A program made the position numbers and the translations under genes. This document shows, piece after piece, positions 39,394 through 51,960 of a stretch of 64,000 nucleotides of DNA. The first letter of the stretch is position 1. Each line of letters opens with the position of its first letter. Below the pieces are notes generated by a model. That model saw only the letters and a list, made by a program, of their open reading frames with translations, ran no database searches and was not told the origin of the DNA. Source of the DNA: Gracilinanus agilis (Eukaryota); NCBI RefSeq assembly GCF_016433145.1, contig NC_058132.1, forward strand, positions 89,424,114 to 89,488,113, in the 5' to 3' direction.

Positions 39394-39580
39394 ACTCACC
39401 AAAAATAATATGGAAATCTTAATCTGTTTTGATATCACTCTTCAGAACTCTGAATAGGTGTGAGGAGAGAGGCTTTAAGCCACTGAATGACCTTAGCCTT
39501 AACCCCTTTGAATTCTCCCTAGAGGCAGTCCTTTGGGAAAGGGAAAAAGTCCAATGCCCTTAGGTTATTTTTAATAACTA
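39394..39580 (-). promoter_or_regulatory. Putative promoter and non-coding exon 1 of OR-C
   Basis: Donor TTG|GTGAGT (GT 39399-39398); degenerate TATA CTTAAA 39479-39474 in the shared context AGGAGAGAGGCTTTA; O/E-like TCCCTAGAG 39516 and TCCTTTGGGA 39529; CCTTAGGTTATT 39558. Confidence 0.62.
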
Positions 39581-40355
39581 AAAAACACTCTGCCAGATAG
39601 GAAGTCAATGTTTTACTAAATGTAATAAAAATAGTAAAACAAAAGAATGGGTGTAACAACCTTAATTCATATAACCACAAACTCTTTTTCAATTAATACT
39701 ACTTAATTTATGCCAACACCTCCTCACCCTTCCCAACAGGGATAAAAGAACAGTATAGATGGAAAAATGGGATATTCATTTGCCATATTATCATTGAGAA
39801 CATATTTACATCATGTGGGAGCTACTTATCATTGTCATAGGAACTCGTGAGTTCTCATCCACCTTGGATGTTTGAAATATTACTGCTTCCACACATTGCC
39901 TTCTGAGCTTGATCAGCATTTTATCTCTGCAATGAATTTACTGACAACTCTTGGATCATTTGACTGCAGGCTCCTTGAAGGCAGGGATTATTTCTTTATT
40001 TAATTTACGTTCCCAGTGAGGAACATACCATGCCTGGTTTAAAGTAGGTACATAAGAAATATTTATTGAATTTAATCACATTGGATTGGATGATACTTTC
40101 ACTCAAAAGGAATTGAATGATTATTATAGTCTTATAATACACATACATACACACACACAATTCAAATGGCAGAGGGAATTGAATGGCTTATTGCCTTTCA
40201 ATCGCCATTGCAAAGATCCATTCAAAAGTTTGTACCTTTACCAACAAGCATCTTTTATGAGATACATTTGCCTGCTTTTCACCTCAAACTACAAACCAGG
40301 AAATAAAATTGAAATTAGAGCATACAGTAGGTTTTTGTTAAAAGTTGTTTTATTA

Positions 40356-40534
40356 GGGCAGCTAGGTAGCTCAGTGGATTGAGAGTCAGGCCTAGAGACA
40401 GGAGGTCCTAGGTTGAAATCTGGCCTCAGACACTTCCAGCTGTGTGACCCTGTGCAAGTCACTTGACCCCCATTGCCCACCCTTACCACTCTTCCACCAA
40501 GGAGCTAATACACAGAAGTTAAGGGTTAAAAAAA
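40356..40534 (+). mobile_element. Young SINE1-type element
   Basis: Full length; TSD TTGTTTTATTA at 40345-40355 and 40535-40545. Confidence 0.92.
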
Positions 40535-42397
40535 TTGTTTTATTAAAATTAATGGTAGTGAAGTATTTTTTTAATGTTGAATTTTTCCTTTCTAATTTTC
40601 AATATTTATCCTCTGGGAATTTTTCCTTTTGGGGTTGACAACTAGTTTATTTCTAGTATTTTGATCATGTAGACTCTTATTTTACTATTTTGTTAATATG
40701 CATTTTCATGAATGCATTTGTGCTCATTTAATTTGTTTTTTACTAATTTTGTTGTGTTGTGAAATGCAAAGGTTTCATTTATTGTACCTTTCTTTTAGCA
40801 ATTTTTGTTTTCTTTATGTCTCAACTTATGTTCCTTTTTTTTTGGTAAAAGTGCCATCAATTGCTGAGAAATATGTGCATTTTTATTATTCCAACTTAGG
40901 CAGATACCCTTCTTTGGTGACATTGTACTGATTGTATCAGGTCTCAGATGATTACTTAGCATTCTAAATAGAACCCTAAATCATAAAAAAAAATGTCTAA
41001 AAGTTTATATAGGGTAAACTGAGAAGATTAAAGAATATCTGTTGTATTTGTTGGCTCAAGAAACTCTAACATAGACATCCAACTAGTTAGATCTTAGACA
41101 AATAGAAGAGATCAATAATGAATTCCAAAGTTAAAAGAAGGTAGAGATTAGACTTCGTTACATCTGGGGAATTGTGCTATATTCTTTCATTGACCTTATA
41201 CTTCTCCCTTAAATAAAAGGACCTCTTTTGAGGATTTTGTAGAAAAGTCTATCTGTTCAGGTTTAGATAAGATAGACAACCTCTGAGGTCCTATTGAACT
41301 TTCGTTTCTATAATGACATTATTTTATGCTTTTTATTGAATTTATTTTTTATTTGCTTTTGTTTGTTTAAATCTTTCAAAATCTTTGTAGATTTTCCAGT
41401 CTAATATATTTATGATTACTTCTGGTTTTATCTCATACCTACATTTGATAAATATGCCATGTATACCTACACCCAAGTTGCTAGTAAAAACACTGAACAG
41501 AATAGGTGAAATCACAGCCTTATGGCACTCTTCTATAGACTTACCTCTAGTTTGGCATTGACCATTACATTTTCAGGCCTTTTGATCTATAAATGTCTTC
41601 TCCACCTATTTTCATTCCATCCGAAGAGCTGGATCCAGAGAAGTTGGGTTTAAGCCACCTTTATAATGTTAGGCAAAGTATTTTAACTTCTCTTGGTCTT
41701 ATTTTCTTTATTAATGGATTAAATTATCCCTGAGGTCCCTTCTACTGTTAAATCTATGATTCTTTGACATTTTACACAATTATTTCAAAAATCTTGAATT
41801 TCAAAAAATATTTTTAACAAAACTCTTGCTTAAATGTAGATATCTTATATTTATATCCCAAATCTAGAAAATTAGGGGAAATGTAGGGGAAAATTATGGT
41901 CTCTTTAAATTGCTCTCTCATAATTTACTGATGCTTGTATTTAGCTGATTTTTTTTCTCCTTATCAGGGCTTAAAACTATAATTTGAAAAAATTTTGCTT
42001 CAATATTTTCCAGAAATTCCAAGTCATTAAATCTATATTTAAGTTTCCTTTCATGTTACACTAAAATATGGGGATATATTCCCATTTCCAGAACTCCACA
42101 CATTCCCTATTCCTTGCCATTCATGAATTTTGAGGGGCTCATTTCCACTAAAGCAGAAGACAATTATAAATCAGGGGGACAAGAAACAAGACTCACAATA
42201 TATCAGATTTATATAATCTGAGCTCCAGAAATCAACTAGTCTAGTCTATTCTACTGTAGGCTAGAAATCACCTTTATAACATTTCTGCCTGGTGGTTATG
42301 CAGTCCATGCTTAAAACCCTCTAATTAGGAGGAATTCACTATGATTAATGATACAAACTATTTGGAGATGGTCCCTGTACCTCCTTGGGGAACTAAC

Positions 42398-43354
42398 CTA
42401 AGCAATTCCAGGCTTTGGGCTATTTGTACAGAATACACTCAGCACCTTCTCTCGAATCTGTTTGGTTCTAACACCATAGATAACAGGGTTAAGCATGGGT
42501 GGGATGACCACATACATATTGGCCAGGAGGATGTGAATATAACGGGGTACATTCTTGCCAAAACGGTGTGTCATGAAGGAGAAGAGTGCGGGGCTGTAGA
42601 ATGCCAGGATAACACAGACATGGGAACCACATGTACTAAGTGCTTTGAGCCTGGCATCACGAGAAGGGAGGCGAAAGACAGCACGGAGAATCTGCACGTA
42701 GGAGATAGCAATGGCAACCATGTCTAGCACCAATATAGAAATGGCCCAGAGGCCATAGATGATATTGATCTTGATACTTACACAGGCCAGGCGGGCCAGT
42801 CCCATATGCTCACAATAGGTATGAGGGATAATATAATGTCCACAGAAAGTTAGTCTTAGGATGAGAAACACAAAGGGGAGACAAATGAAAAAAGATCTCA
42901 TCAGTACTCCAAGGCCCATCAAGGCTACCATCTTGTTGGTGAGGACAGAGCTATAGTGGAGAGGATTACAGATAGCCACATAGCGGTCATAGGCCATTGA
43001 CACTAGCACAATTGACTCCATGCCAGTAAAGATGTGGATGAAGAACATTTGGGTGAGGCAACCTCCAAAGCTGATCATTCCCAAGCTAAACCAAAAGATA
43101 CCCATCATCTTGGGGATAGTAGCTGTGGATAAGCCCAGGTCAATGGTAGCCAGCATGGCCAAGAAGTAGAACATGGGTTGGTGGAGGCTCTGTTCTAGTC
43201 GAATCACTGTCAGGATAGTGATGTTTCCCACTAAGGCAATCAGATACACAGCACAAAATGGAAAGCCAATCCAGATGTGAAAGTATTCCAGACCAGGAAT
43301 TCCCAGAAGTAAGAAGGAAAAGGGGTGAGAACTAGCATTATTTAATAAAGGCAT
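42398..43354 (-). CDS. Class I olfactory receptor, OR52E-like, intact 318 aa (OR-D)
   Basis: Sequon NAS; [57 protein letters not shown]; C-terminus extended to [10 protein letters not shown]. Confidence 0.96.
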   Translation of the reverse strand: MPLLNNASSHPFSFLLLGIPGLEYFHIWIGFPFCAVYLIALVGNITILTVIRLEQSLHQPMFYFLAMLATIDLGLSTATIPKMMGIFWFSLGMISFGGCLTQMFFIHIFTGMESIVLVSMAYDRYVAICNPLHYSSVLTNKMVALMGLGVLMRSFFICLPFVFLILRLTFCGHYIIPHTYCEHMGLARLACVSIKINIIYGLWAISILVLDMVAIAISYVQILRAVFRLPSRDARLKALSTCGSHVCVILAFYSPALFSFMTHRFGKNVPRYIHILLANMYVVIPPMLNPVIYGVRTKQIREKVLSVFCTNSPKPGIA

Positions 43355-43413
43355 TCTTCAGATGATTGCAGATGACTACAATTATTCAAATTGGATCCAA
43401 ATACAAAGGATTC

Positions 43414-43432
43414 CTAGAGAAACAAGAGGGAA
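43414..43432 (-). promoter_or_regulatory. Splice acceptor of the OR-D coding exon
   Basis: Minus strand CCCTCTTGTTTCTCTAG|GAATCC (AG 43415-43414), 59 nt upstream of the ATG. Confidence 0.7.
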
Positions 43433-44113
43433 TTAAAGCATTTTATTTTAGATCTGAAGCAATTCTTTCTATGAGTTAAAATTTTTTTTTGTCTATGAGT
43501 TTAAAAAAAATATGTGTACCTAATAATTTGAAGGTCTGATAAGAGAGATATTATGAATAGTAGTAAATATTACTGTGTGACTGGAGGTAAATCATTTAAG
43601 TATGTCTGCCCCATTTTTCTATTCTATAAAATGGAGATAACAATAACTCCTACCTTCAAGGATTGCTATAAGAATCAAATGAAATGAAATATGTGTTTTT
43701 TTTTAATTTTAAGTGTGATGATGTAAATATTTGTTCTTAATATTAAGGAGGAGGAGAGGGAAAAAATGAGGAGACTGCTATACTTCTATACTGAGTTATA
43801 ATCTTCCCAGAAACAACCATAAGGAGCCTTTTTAATTTTCCTTATCTATAAATGGGAATAATACATTACTTAACACATAAGTTTCTCCTGAGGAAAACTT
43901 TTTGTACTATATCAAAACACTATATCAATGGATATGAATAACTCAGAAAAGCATGAGTAGATGTGTACGAATTAATAAACCTCAAACTAATCAGAAGTAG
44001 AATAACAATATAAACAATGACTATAGTGATATGCATGAAAATAACACTAAAATGTAGCAAATTAAAGCATTATTTTAAAGGTCAACTCCATTCTCTTCAT
44101 CACAAATGAAATA

Positions 44114-44520
44114 CAGGGATAGCTAGGTGGACCAGTGGATAGAGATCCAGACCTGGAACTGGAATAATCTTAGTTCAAATCTGGCCTCAAATACTTCCTA
44201 GCTGTGTGACCTTAAGCAAGTCATAATCCCATTTCTATAGCTATTAATCTTCCATCCTACAGTTTGTAAGACAGAAAGTAAAGGGGGGCACCTAGATAGC
44301 TCAGTAGGTTGAAAGCCAGACCTAAAAATGGAAGGTTGTAGGTTAAAATCTGATTTTAGACACTTCCTAGCTGTGTGACCCTGGGCAAGTCACTTAACCC
44401 CCATTGCCTAACCCTTATTACTCTTCTGCCTTGGAACTAATACACAGTATTGTTTCTAACTCAGAAGTTAAGCATATAAAAATAAAATAAAGAGAAAGTA
44501 AAGGTTTAAAGAAAAAAAAA
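44114..44520 (+). mobile_element. Two nested SINE1-type elements
   Basis: The second SINE (44285-44492) sits in the tail of the first; TSD AGAAAGTAAAGG at 44273-44284 and 44493-44504. Confidence 0.8.
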
Positions 44521-44824
44521 CACATTTTAATCTTGGCAAGAGAAAGGCAGAAGACTCCCATATGAAATGTTCGCTATGCTGTCAAATACAATGGTTTTTG
44601 ATCAATATTACTTACCTGTTATTGATACCCTTGATGTTGTTGGTACTACAAAGAAGGGGCCAAAGGAAGGGGTCTAGATCAGAAAATGATTGGTGATGAA
44701 AAGGGAAGGGCATGAATAAAACTTCTAAAAATAAGCAAAATGGGTGGCACAACTGCACACTCTTGATGTGATCTGCTCAGTCATAACACTATGGATTTGT
44801 TACCTTCTTTCGGAACACTTTTTT

Positions 44825-47410
44825 TTTTATTTTGTATCCTGCAACTTTGCTAAAGTTGTTGATTATTTCTACAAACTTCTTAGTTGATTCTCCAGGATTT
44901 TTTAAGTATACCATCATATCATCTGCAAAGAGTGATAGCTTAGTCTCCTCATTGCCTATTTTGATACCTTCAATTTCTTTTTCTTCTCTAATTGCTACTG
45001 CTAGTGTTTCTAGTACAATATTAAATAATAGAGGTTATAATGATTTTTGTTTGTTAGATTGTTGATGTGGTCAATTATGTGGATGGTTTTCCTAATGTTG
45101 AACCATCCTTGCATTCCTGATATAAATCCCACCTGATCATGGTGGATAATCCTCTTGATCACTTGCTGGAGTCTCTTTGCTAGTATTCTACTTAAGATTT
45201 TTGCATCTTTGTTCATTAAGGAAATTGGTCTGTAGTTTTCTTTTTCTGTTTTTGATCTACCTGGCTTTGGAATCAGTACCATATTTGTGTCATAAAAGGA
45301 GTTTGGTAGGACTCCTTCTTTGCTTATTATATCAAATAATTTGTATAGTATTGGGATTAGTTGTTCTTTGAATGTTTGATAGAATTCACTTATGAATCCA
45401 TCAGGCCCTGGCGATTTTTTCTTAGGGAGTTCTTTGATGGCTTGTTCAATTTCTTTTTCTGATATGGGATTATTTAGGTATTCTAAATGCACATAAATCA
45501 TCAGCATTTCTATATATTTCTAACACATCTCAGCAGCAAGAGGTAGAAAGAGAAACACCATTTAAAATCACCCTAGACAATATAAAATACTTAGGAATTT
45601 ATCTACCAAAACTAACACAGGAATTGTACGAAAACAACTACAAAACACTTTCCAAAAAAATAAAACTAGATCTAAGCAATTGGAAAAACATTGATTGTTT
45701 ATGGGTAGGACGAGCTAACATAATAAAAATGAACATTCTACCCAAATTAATTTACCTATTTAGCACCATACCTATCAAACTACCAAAAAAATTTTTCATT
45801 GAATTAGAAAAAACTATAACAAAGTTCATTTAGAATAACAAAAGATCAAGAATATCATAGGAAATAATGAAAAAAATGTGAAGGAAGGGGGCCTAGCAGT
45901 ACCAGATATTAAACTATACTATAAAGCAGCAGTCATCAATACGGTATGGTACTGGCTAAGAGACAGAAGGGAGGATCAGTGGAATAGACTTGGGGTAAGT
46001 GACGTCAGCAAGACAGTGTATGATAAACCCAAAGAGCCCAACTTTTGGGACATGAATCCACTATTTGACAAAAACTGATGGGAAATTTGGAAAACAATAT
46101 GGGAGAGATTAGGTTTAGATCAACATCTCACACCCTACACCAAGATAAATTAAGAATGGTTGAATGACTTGAATATAAAGAGGGAAACTATAAATAAGTT
46201 AAGTGAACATAAAATAGTATACCTGTCGGAGCTCTGAGAAAGGAAAGATTTTAAAACCAAGCAAGAGTTAGAGAAAATTACAAAATGTAAAATAAATAAT
46301 TTTGATTATATTAAATTAAAAAGCTTTTGTACAAACAAAAATAACCAAAATCAGAAGGGAAACAACAAATTGGGAAAAAAATCTTTATAACAAAAAACTC
46401 TGACAGGGGCCTAATTACTCAAATATACAAGGAGTTAAATCAATTGTATAAAAAATCAAGCCATTCCCCAATTGAAAAATGGGCAAGAGACATGAATAGG
46501 CAATTTTCAGGTAAAGAAATCAAAACTATCATTAAGCACATGAGAAAGTGCTCTAAATCTCTAATAATTAGAGAAATGCAAATCAAAACAACTCTGGCTA
46601 AAATGAAAGAAGGGGAGAGTAATGAATGCTGGAGGGGATGTGGCAAAATTGGGACATTAATGCATTGCTGGTGGAATTGTGAACTGATCCAACCATTCTG
46701 GATGGCAATTTGGAACTATACCCAAAGAGCAATAAAAGAATGCCTGCCCTTTGATCCAGCCATACCATTGTTGGGTTTGTACCCCAAAGAGATCATAGAT
46801 AAACAGACTTGTACAAAAATATTTATAGCTGTGCTTTTTGTGGTGGCAAAAAACTGGAAAAGGAGGGTATGCCCTTCAATTGAGGAATGGCTGAACAAAT
46901 TGTGGTATATGCTGGTGATGGAATACTATTGTGTTCAAAGGAATAATAAACTGGAAGAATTCCATGTGAACTGGAAAGACCTCCAGGAGTTGATGCAGAG
47001 TGAAAGGAGCAGAGCCAGAAGAACATTGTACACAGAGACCAATACACTGGTAAAATCGAATATAATGGACTTCTGTACTAACAGCAATGCAATGACCCAG
47101 GACAGTTCTGAGGGACTTATGGAAAAGAATGCTACCCACATTCAGAGGAAGAACTACAGGAGTGGAAACACAGAAGAAAAGCAACTGCTTGAACACATGG
47201 GTTGAGGCAGACATGATTAGGGAGGTAGACTCAAAACCAACACTCCAATGCAACTATCAACAATTTGTAAATAGGTCTTGATCAATGACATGTTAAAACC
47301 AGTGGAAATGCACATCGGCTATGGGAGGGGGAAGTTGGGGGGGAAGGGGAAAGTAAGAGCATGAATCATGTAACCATGTTAACTTTTCTAAAAAATAAAA
47401 ATTATTAAAT
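44825..47410 (+). mobile_element. 5'-truncated, 5'-inverted LINE-1 (inverted part 44825-45485, sense part 45486-47410)
   Basis: RT-domain ORF on minus (45010-45507); ORF2 C-terminal ORFs on plus (45624-47205) followed by 3'UTR; 12-bp TSD GAACACTTTTTT at 44813-44824 and 47411-47422. Confidence 0.92.
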
Positions 47411-49846
47411 GAACACTTTTTTAATGCAACCTAAAAGCAAATGATCATTTTTGTTGACTATCATATTGACTTATCTTTCAGCCTATCCACCAGCTATTAT
47501 TTTACATAAACTATTTAGCCACAATTGCCCTATTAATTTCCCCTTTATTGATTTCATTTCACATATGAAATCTGAATTATTTTTAAATTATTTTAGGAAT
47601 TATTTTTTGAATTATTTTAGGAATTTACCTTTATCTCTATTACATTTTATATTAATAAATTTGACCCAACATTCCCACCTTTTCAGAACTCTTTAGTTCC
47701 AGAACCTATTGTTCAACATATTTATGCTCCCTCCCAATTTTGTGTTCTATTTAGACCTGACTCTAAATATACCACTTATACTATGCCATTGTTAAAATGT
47801 TGAGCCGAATAAAGCAAAAAAGAATATACCAAGGGAACACCACGAGGGAAGATTCATATTTTCTTGTGAAGCCATCAGTCACTATTCTTTTATTCTGGTT
47901 TATTTGTGCAATTGTGTGTTAACCAAACCATAACACTTACAAGTTTACACTTTTCTACTTTGTCCAAGAAAAGATCATGAAGGACTTAGTGAAATGCTCT
48001 GCTGTGATCCAAATATTACATTCATACCATTCCTCTTTCCTTTCTCTTCTCTCTTAGTTTTTTCTACCTTCTATATTCTATGTAGATTCTCTTCTGCCTC
48101 ATCAGAGATTATCTCCATTCCTATTTCAACTTGCATTCATAAAAGATTTCCAATCCATATTTATCAAATGGATATTCTTATACATTTAAGAACGAACTTA
48201 TTTAATAATTTAATGTACTTTCCCTGTACTCAGTTTACATTGATGAAGTTTTCTCCTATTTCACTGGTTCTTTGAAGTCATCTAGGGTCCATAAGACTGT
48301 ACCAATAACAAATAGTCTCTGGCAGGTAATATATAGTTGTGAAGACTTTGAATGTGTACCCAATGGTAGGACATTATCTTTCATCTGAGGCAAAATTTAG
48401 CCAAGTAGGAAAAATAATTTTAAGTTTTTTGGCTACCATAGGATAGATTTTGAGGTCAGGGAAACTCCTCAATGATCAGTTAATATTTAAGAGGCTGAGA
48501 TCAGTATTGTAAAGAAAGATAGGTGATACACTGATAAAATAATGGCTCTTTTAAGGTACTGAAATAAATTTTCAATGAAAAAATAAGAATTGAACATTTT
48601 CTAGTTCCCATATAGAATAAATATAATTAGACTATTCCCCCATCTGCAACCTCAGGATACTTTTTGATCACTCAGATGCCCTCAAAACAATTTTATAACA
48701 GGCTTTTTTTTTTAAAACTTGGCCAGGTACCAAGAGGAGTTTAAATTTTTTCATTGAGGTGTCTTTATTCTGTGATTTACCTAAGAAGAAGAACACCTCA
48801 TCAAAGTCTCCCCCAAATCAGTGACAAATTAGAGGGGAAAAGAGATGGAGGGAGAGAAATTTGAAAAGAAAAGGGGAAAAGCAAAAGTTATAGAGAGAAG
48901 ATGGTAAAAGCAATCCATGTATAAAAAGGATAGAAGGCGATATTATGGTTAATGAGTGGAAATGAAGCAATTCAGGGGAAAGGGACATTACTAGAAATAC
49001 AGGCAGAGTGGGAGGCAGAGAAATATACAAAGAAAGATGAAAAAAGAAATAAAAATCAACATGGTCAGGGTCTTAGAGAACAAGAGAGGAAGAGAGGGAA
49101 AAGAAAGAAAAGGAAGTATTGAGAGGCAGAGGCAGAAATATAATAGTTAAATTTATATAATACCATTAAGATCACAAAACACTTTATATATATATATATA
49201 TATATTATTTTAATTGATTATGTCAGACTTTCTGAGTCACATGTTGCCATTACCATGTAACTGCCTAAATAAGCAGGTACAATAATCATATTTATGATAA
49301 CTTAATGGGAGCAAGAAGAAAAAGAACTTATTTTGAAAAAACATAGAATAATGTGATATTAATGAACCAGTGGAGGAAACCTTCTCAGAAGGTACAAGCT
49401 CACATTCATGGGAGGAATCTCCTACATAATTTCAATAACAAGTAGATATTTCATTCATGAAAATCTCACTACTTGCCAAATGCCACTGCTAGTCCTGTCT
49501 ACTTTAGAACAGCAGTAAATTTTAAGTTTTATCTTATCAAAATCTGACTCTAGATAATTTACAGCCATTGTTCTATGTCTTGGTCTCTACAGCTAATTGA
49601 ATAAATGGAATCTCTCTTCCACCAGGCAATTCTGGAAGTGATATGAAGGCAAATAATGAATATTTTTGCTATTCTTGCTGTATTTTGACAATGTCTATGC
49701 AGATATTTATACAGATCATCCCTCTCTACTCAGTCAGGTTAATTCTTAACTGCCCTCCTCAGCACTCTTTGTTTTGTTACCCTCTTTCTTCTTCACCTTA
49801 TACTCCAAACTTTCCTCCCTTAGATTGCAGAGATCTGCAGATTTGG

Positions 49847-50060
49847 ACTCACCTCTCTTGGGTCTGTGAGGGAACCAGTGACCTCTGTCAGTGCCCTAGA
49901 CCCCTCTTTGCACAACTCCAAGGAGGGAATCTTTATACTGGAGATAATACAAGGAATAAGCAACTTCAGCTGAGGAATTCCTGAGGGTATTGACAGCAAG
50001 CATGTGGAGGAAGGCAGAGAGTCCCTAATGCTCAGCGATGATCTTGCTTTGAATTAACCC
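49847..50060 (-). promoter_or_regulatory. Putative promoter and non-coding exon 1 of OR-D
   Basis: Donor GAG|GTGAGT (GT 49852-49851); TATAAA 49937-49932; O/E-like TTCCTGAGGG 49978-49987; GAGAGTCCCT ~50018 shared with the OR-B promoter. Confidence 0.68.
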
Positions 50061-50281
50061 TTTAGCTATACAGAGAGTTGTATACTAAAGAGTTCTGGCC
50101 AATATTGTGATTTAAAGACACCAGATTGCACCCAGTCATATACAGTTCTTTCCTCCTTAAGCCACAAAAAAAGATTATAATAAGAATGAGGTTGAAGTGG
50201 CTGTGAAGAGTAAGGGTCTCCTGGAAGGGATAAGTGGAGTCCTGGGCATTGGCAGAGGTCAGAATAGAACACTGTGAAAAT

Positions 50282-50367
50282 GAAGAGTGAAAATTTTCTA
50301 AAGGAAAGTTTGGGGAAGAANGAAAAAGGAAGAGTGAAAATTTTCTAAAGGAAAGTTTGGGGAAGAA
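50282..50367. other. 39-bp duplication flanking a single N (probable contig-overlap artefact)
   Basis: GAAGAGTGAAAATTTTCTAAAGGAAAGTTTGGGGAAGAA at 50282-50320 and 50329-50367, N at 50321. Confidence 0.8.
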
Positions 50368-51049
50368 GAGGAAAGAGTTAGGAAAATGGAGAAGTGGAGT
50401 TTTTTGAGGGAAGGAAAGAAGTGTGTGTTGAAGAGATAAAAGAGGGAATATGAGCAAGGGAAACAGTGGCATTGAGGAAAGAAGAAGGTGTATTTGAGAG
50501 AAAGAGGAGAAGAAATTGGAAAATAGAGGAACAGAGAGGCCTGGGAAGGATGAGAGGTGATCTTGGTGATGGTAAAGAATGAATGCTGGGAAAAGGAAGA
50601 GAAGAATGAAGAGAAAATGAGGAATCTGAGAAAAGTAAAGGAGGGAAAATATGAAGAAAGGTAAAAGGAAAATTGGAAGAAACAGATAGTTAACTTTAAA
50701 GGATACATTTCATTAAGATATTCAATTACTGACCAAGAGGGGAGACACTAAACAAAATATATATTTCCTGTGAATTTTTAAATTTTATAATTAAACTGGA
50801 GCAGAAATCTTTGATTCTTTATTGTGACCTGTGGGTAACTGGTTTCTCATTGGACATGGTAGAGTATCCAAAGATTGCAATTACTTTCTTGTTAAAATAA
50901 CTTTCATCTTCGGTCCTGAACACAGAGGGTGGCTTCAACACAAGAACTGTCTTAGTTAATTACAGAAAAGCAAGATTCCTCTAGAATTGAATTTTGACAC
51001 AGTGAATGAAATACGCCTGTTGAAATGAACTTTAATATGATTTAAGGGG

Positions 51050-51960
51050 ATAGTAAAAACCCTGAGCCCTCCCAAACTCCCCTCCATAAAACTTTAAAAT
51101 AAAATCTTAAAACAAATTCTGGAGTAGCATAAATCCATAAAAGGATGCGGTGATATGATTTTTCATCCTCACACGACAAGGGATGAGGAAAGGTCTTTAT
51201 CACTAAAATGAGAGTAAAGTGCAGCCCAGTCTCCCCAAAAAGACAGCAATAGGCCTTAGGGGAGAGAATAGGCAGAAATTCATTTGGGCCTATAATGAGG
51301 AAATTGTAGAATTGGTATAAAACTCAAGATAAGGCAGAATAGATGACAGCTTGAAGAAATCCAACTCCAGTCTAAGACTTCTTCAAGCTGTCATCTATTC
51401 TGCCTTATCTTAAGTTTTATACCAGTTCTACAATTTCCCCATTACAAGTCTCATGTCAGTTTAAATTTTTCTTTTGAGATACTGAATATAGCATTTTTCA
51501 TCTTGTTTTCTTCTGAGATTGTGTTTTTGCCTTCCCTGTCACCATAGTAAATTTTTTATTGTCAGGCTCTTTGACTTGTTGTTTGCTAATTGTCTAGCCT
51601 ATTTTTCCACTTTTGACTGTAATAAAATTGGACTCTGCTCTGATAGAGAGAGACACTCTTTCTAGCTTCAGGTTTTTTATGTTGCTGTTTTCAGAATTAG
51701 TTCTGGGATTTTCTAATTTTCAGTTCTTCCAAGGTGTTGTGATCTAAGAAGAGGTGTGGTCAGTAGTCTCTTGGAGTGTGCTCTCATCTGAGAGTGACAA
51801 CAAGCACTCTTCCCCTGGAATTGTGATTAGGGTCCTCACTGGCTTGGGGTTGCAATCTGTAATCATTATATGGGCAGTGCAATAAAGTTATGCACCCAGT
51901 GCCTGCAATAGGTCCATTGTAATCTCCTTCTATCTAGTTGTCAGAACTCCTTGCTCTCTG
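51050..51960. mobile_element. Rearranged old marsupial L1 5' region (5' end on plus, 5'UTR/ORF1 start on minus)
   Basis: Plus 51060-51200 resembles an L1 5' end (CTCCCAAACTCCCCTCC...AAACAAATTCTGGAGT); 51379-51960 resembles L1 5'UTR/ORF1 N-terminus on minus. Family recognition is from memory. Confidence 0.55.
51301..51436. repeat. Long inverted repeat (58-bp arms, 20-bp spacer)
   Basis: 51301-51358 versus the reverse complement of 51379-51436: 56/58 identical. Confidence 0.95.

Noticed and set aside
12142-43354. Recent gene conversion homogenising TM6-TM7 of the OR52E-like paralogs
   Set aside because: Many synonymous differences remain in that region, which fits purifying selection better; a formal GENECONV test was not run.
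50282-50367. 39-bp direct repeat as a biological tandem duplication
   Set aside because: A single N sits between identical copies, the usual sign of unmerged overlapping contig ends.
49643-50708. Several 68-136-aa ORFs upstream of OR-D as a novel gene
   Set aside because: Low-complexity Phe/Ser/Leu translations of a purine-rich tract, two with non-ATG starts; better explained as promoter and flanking DNA.
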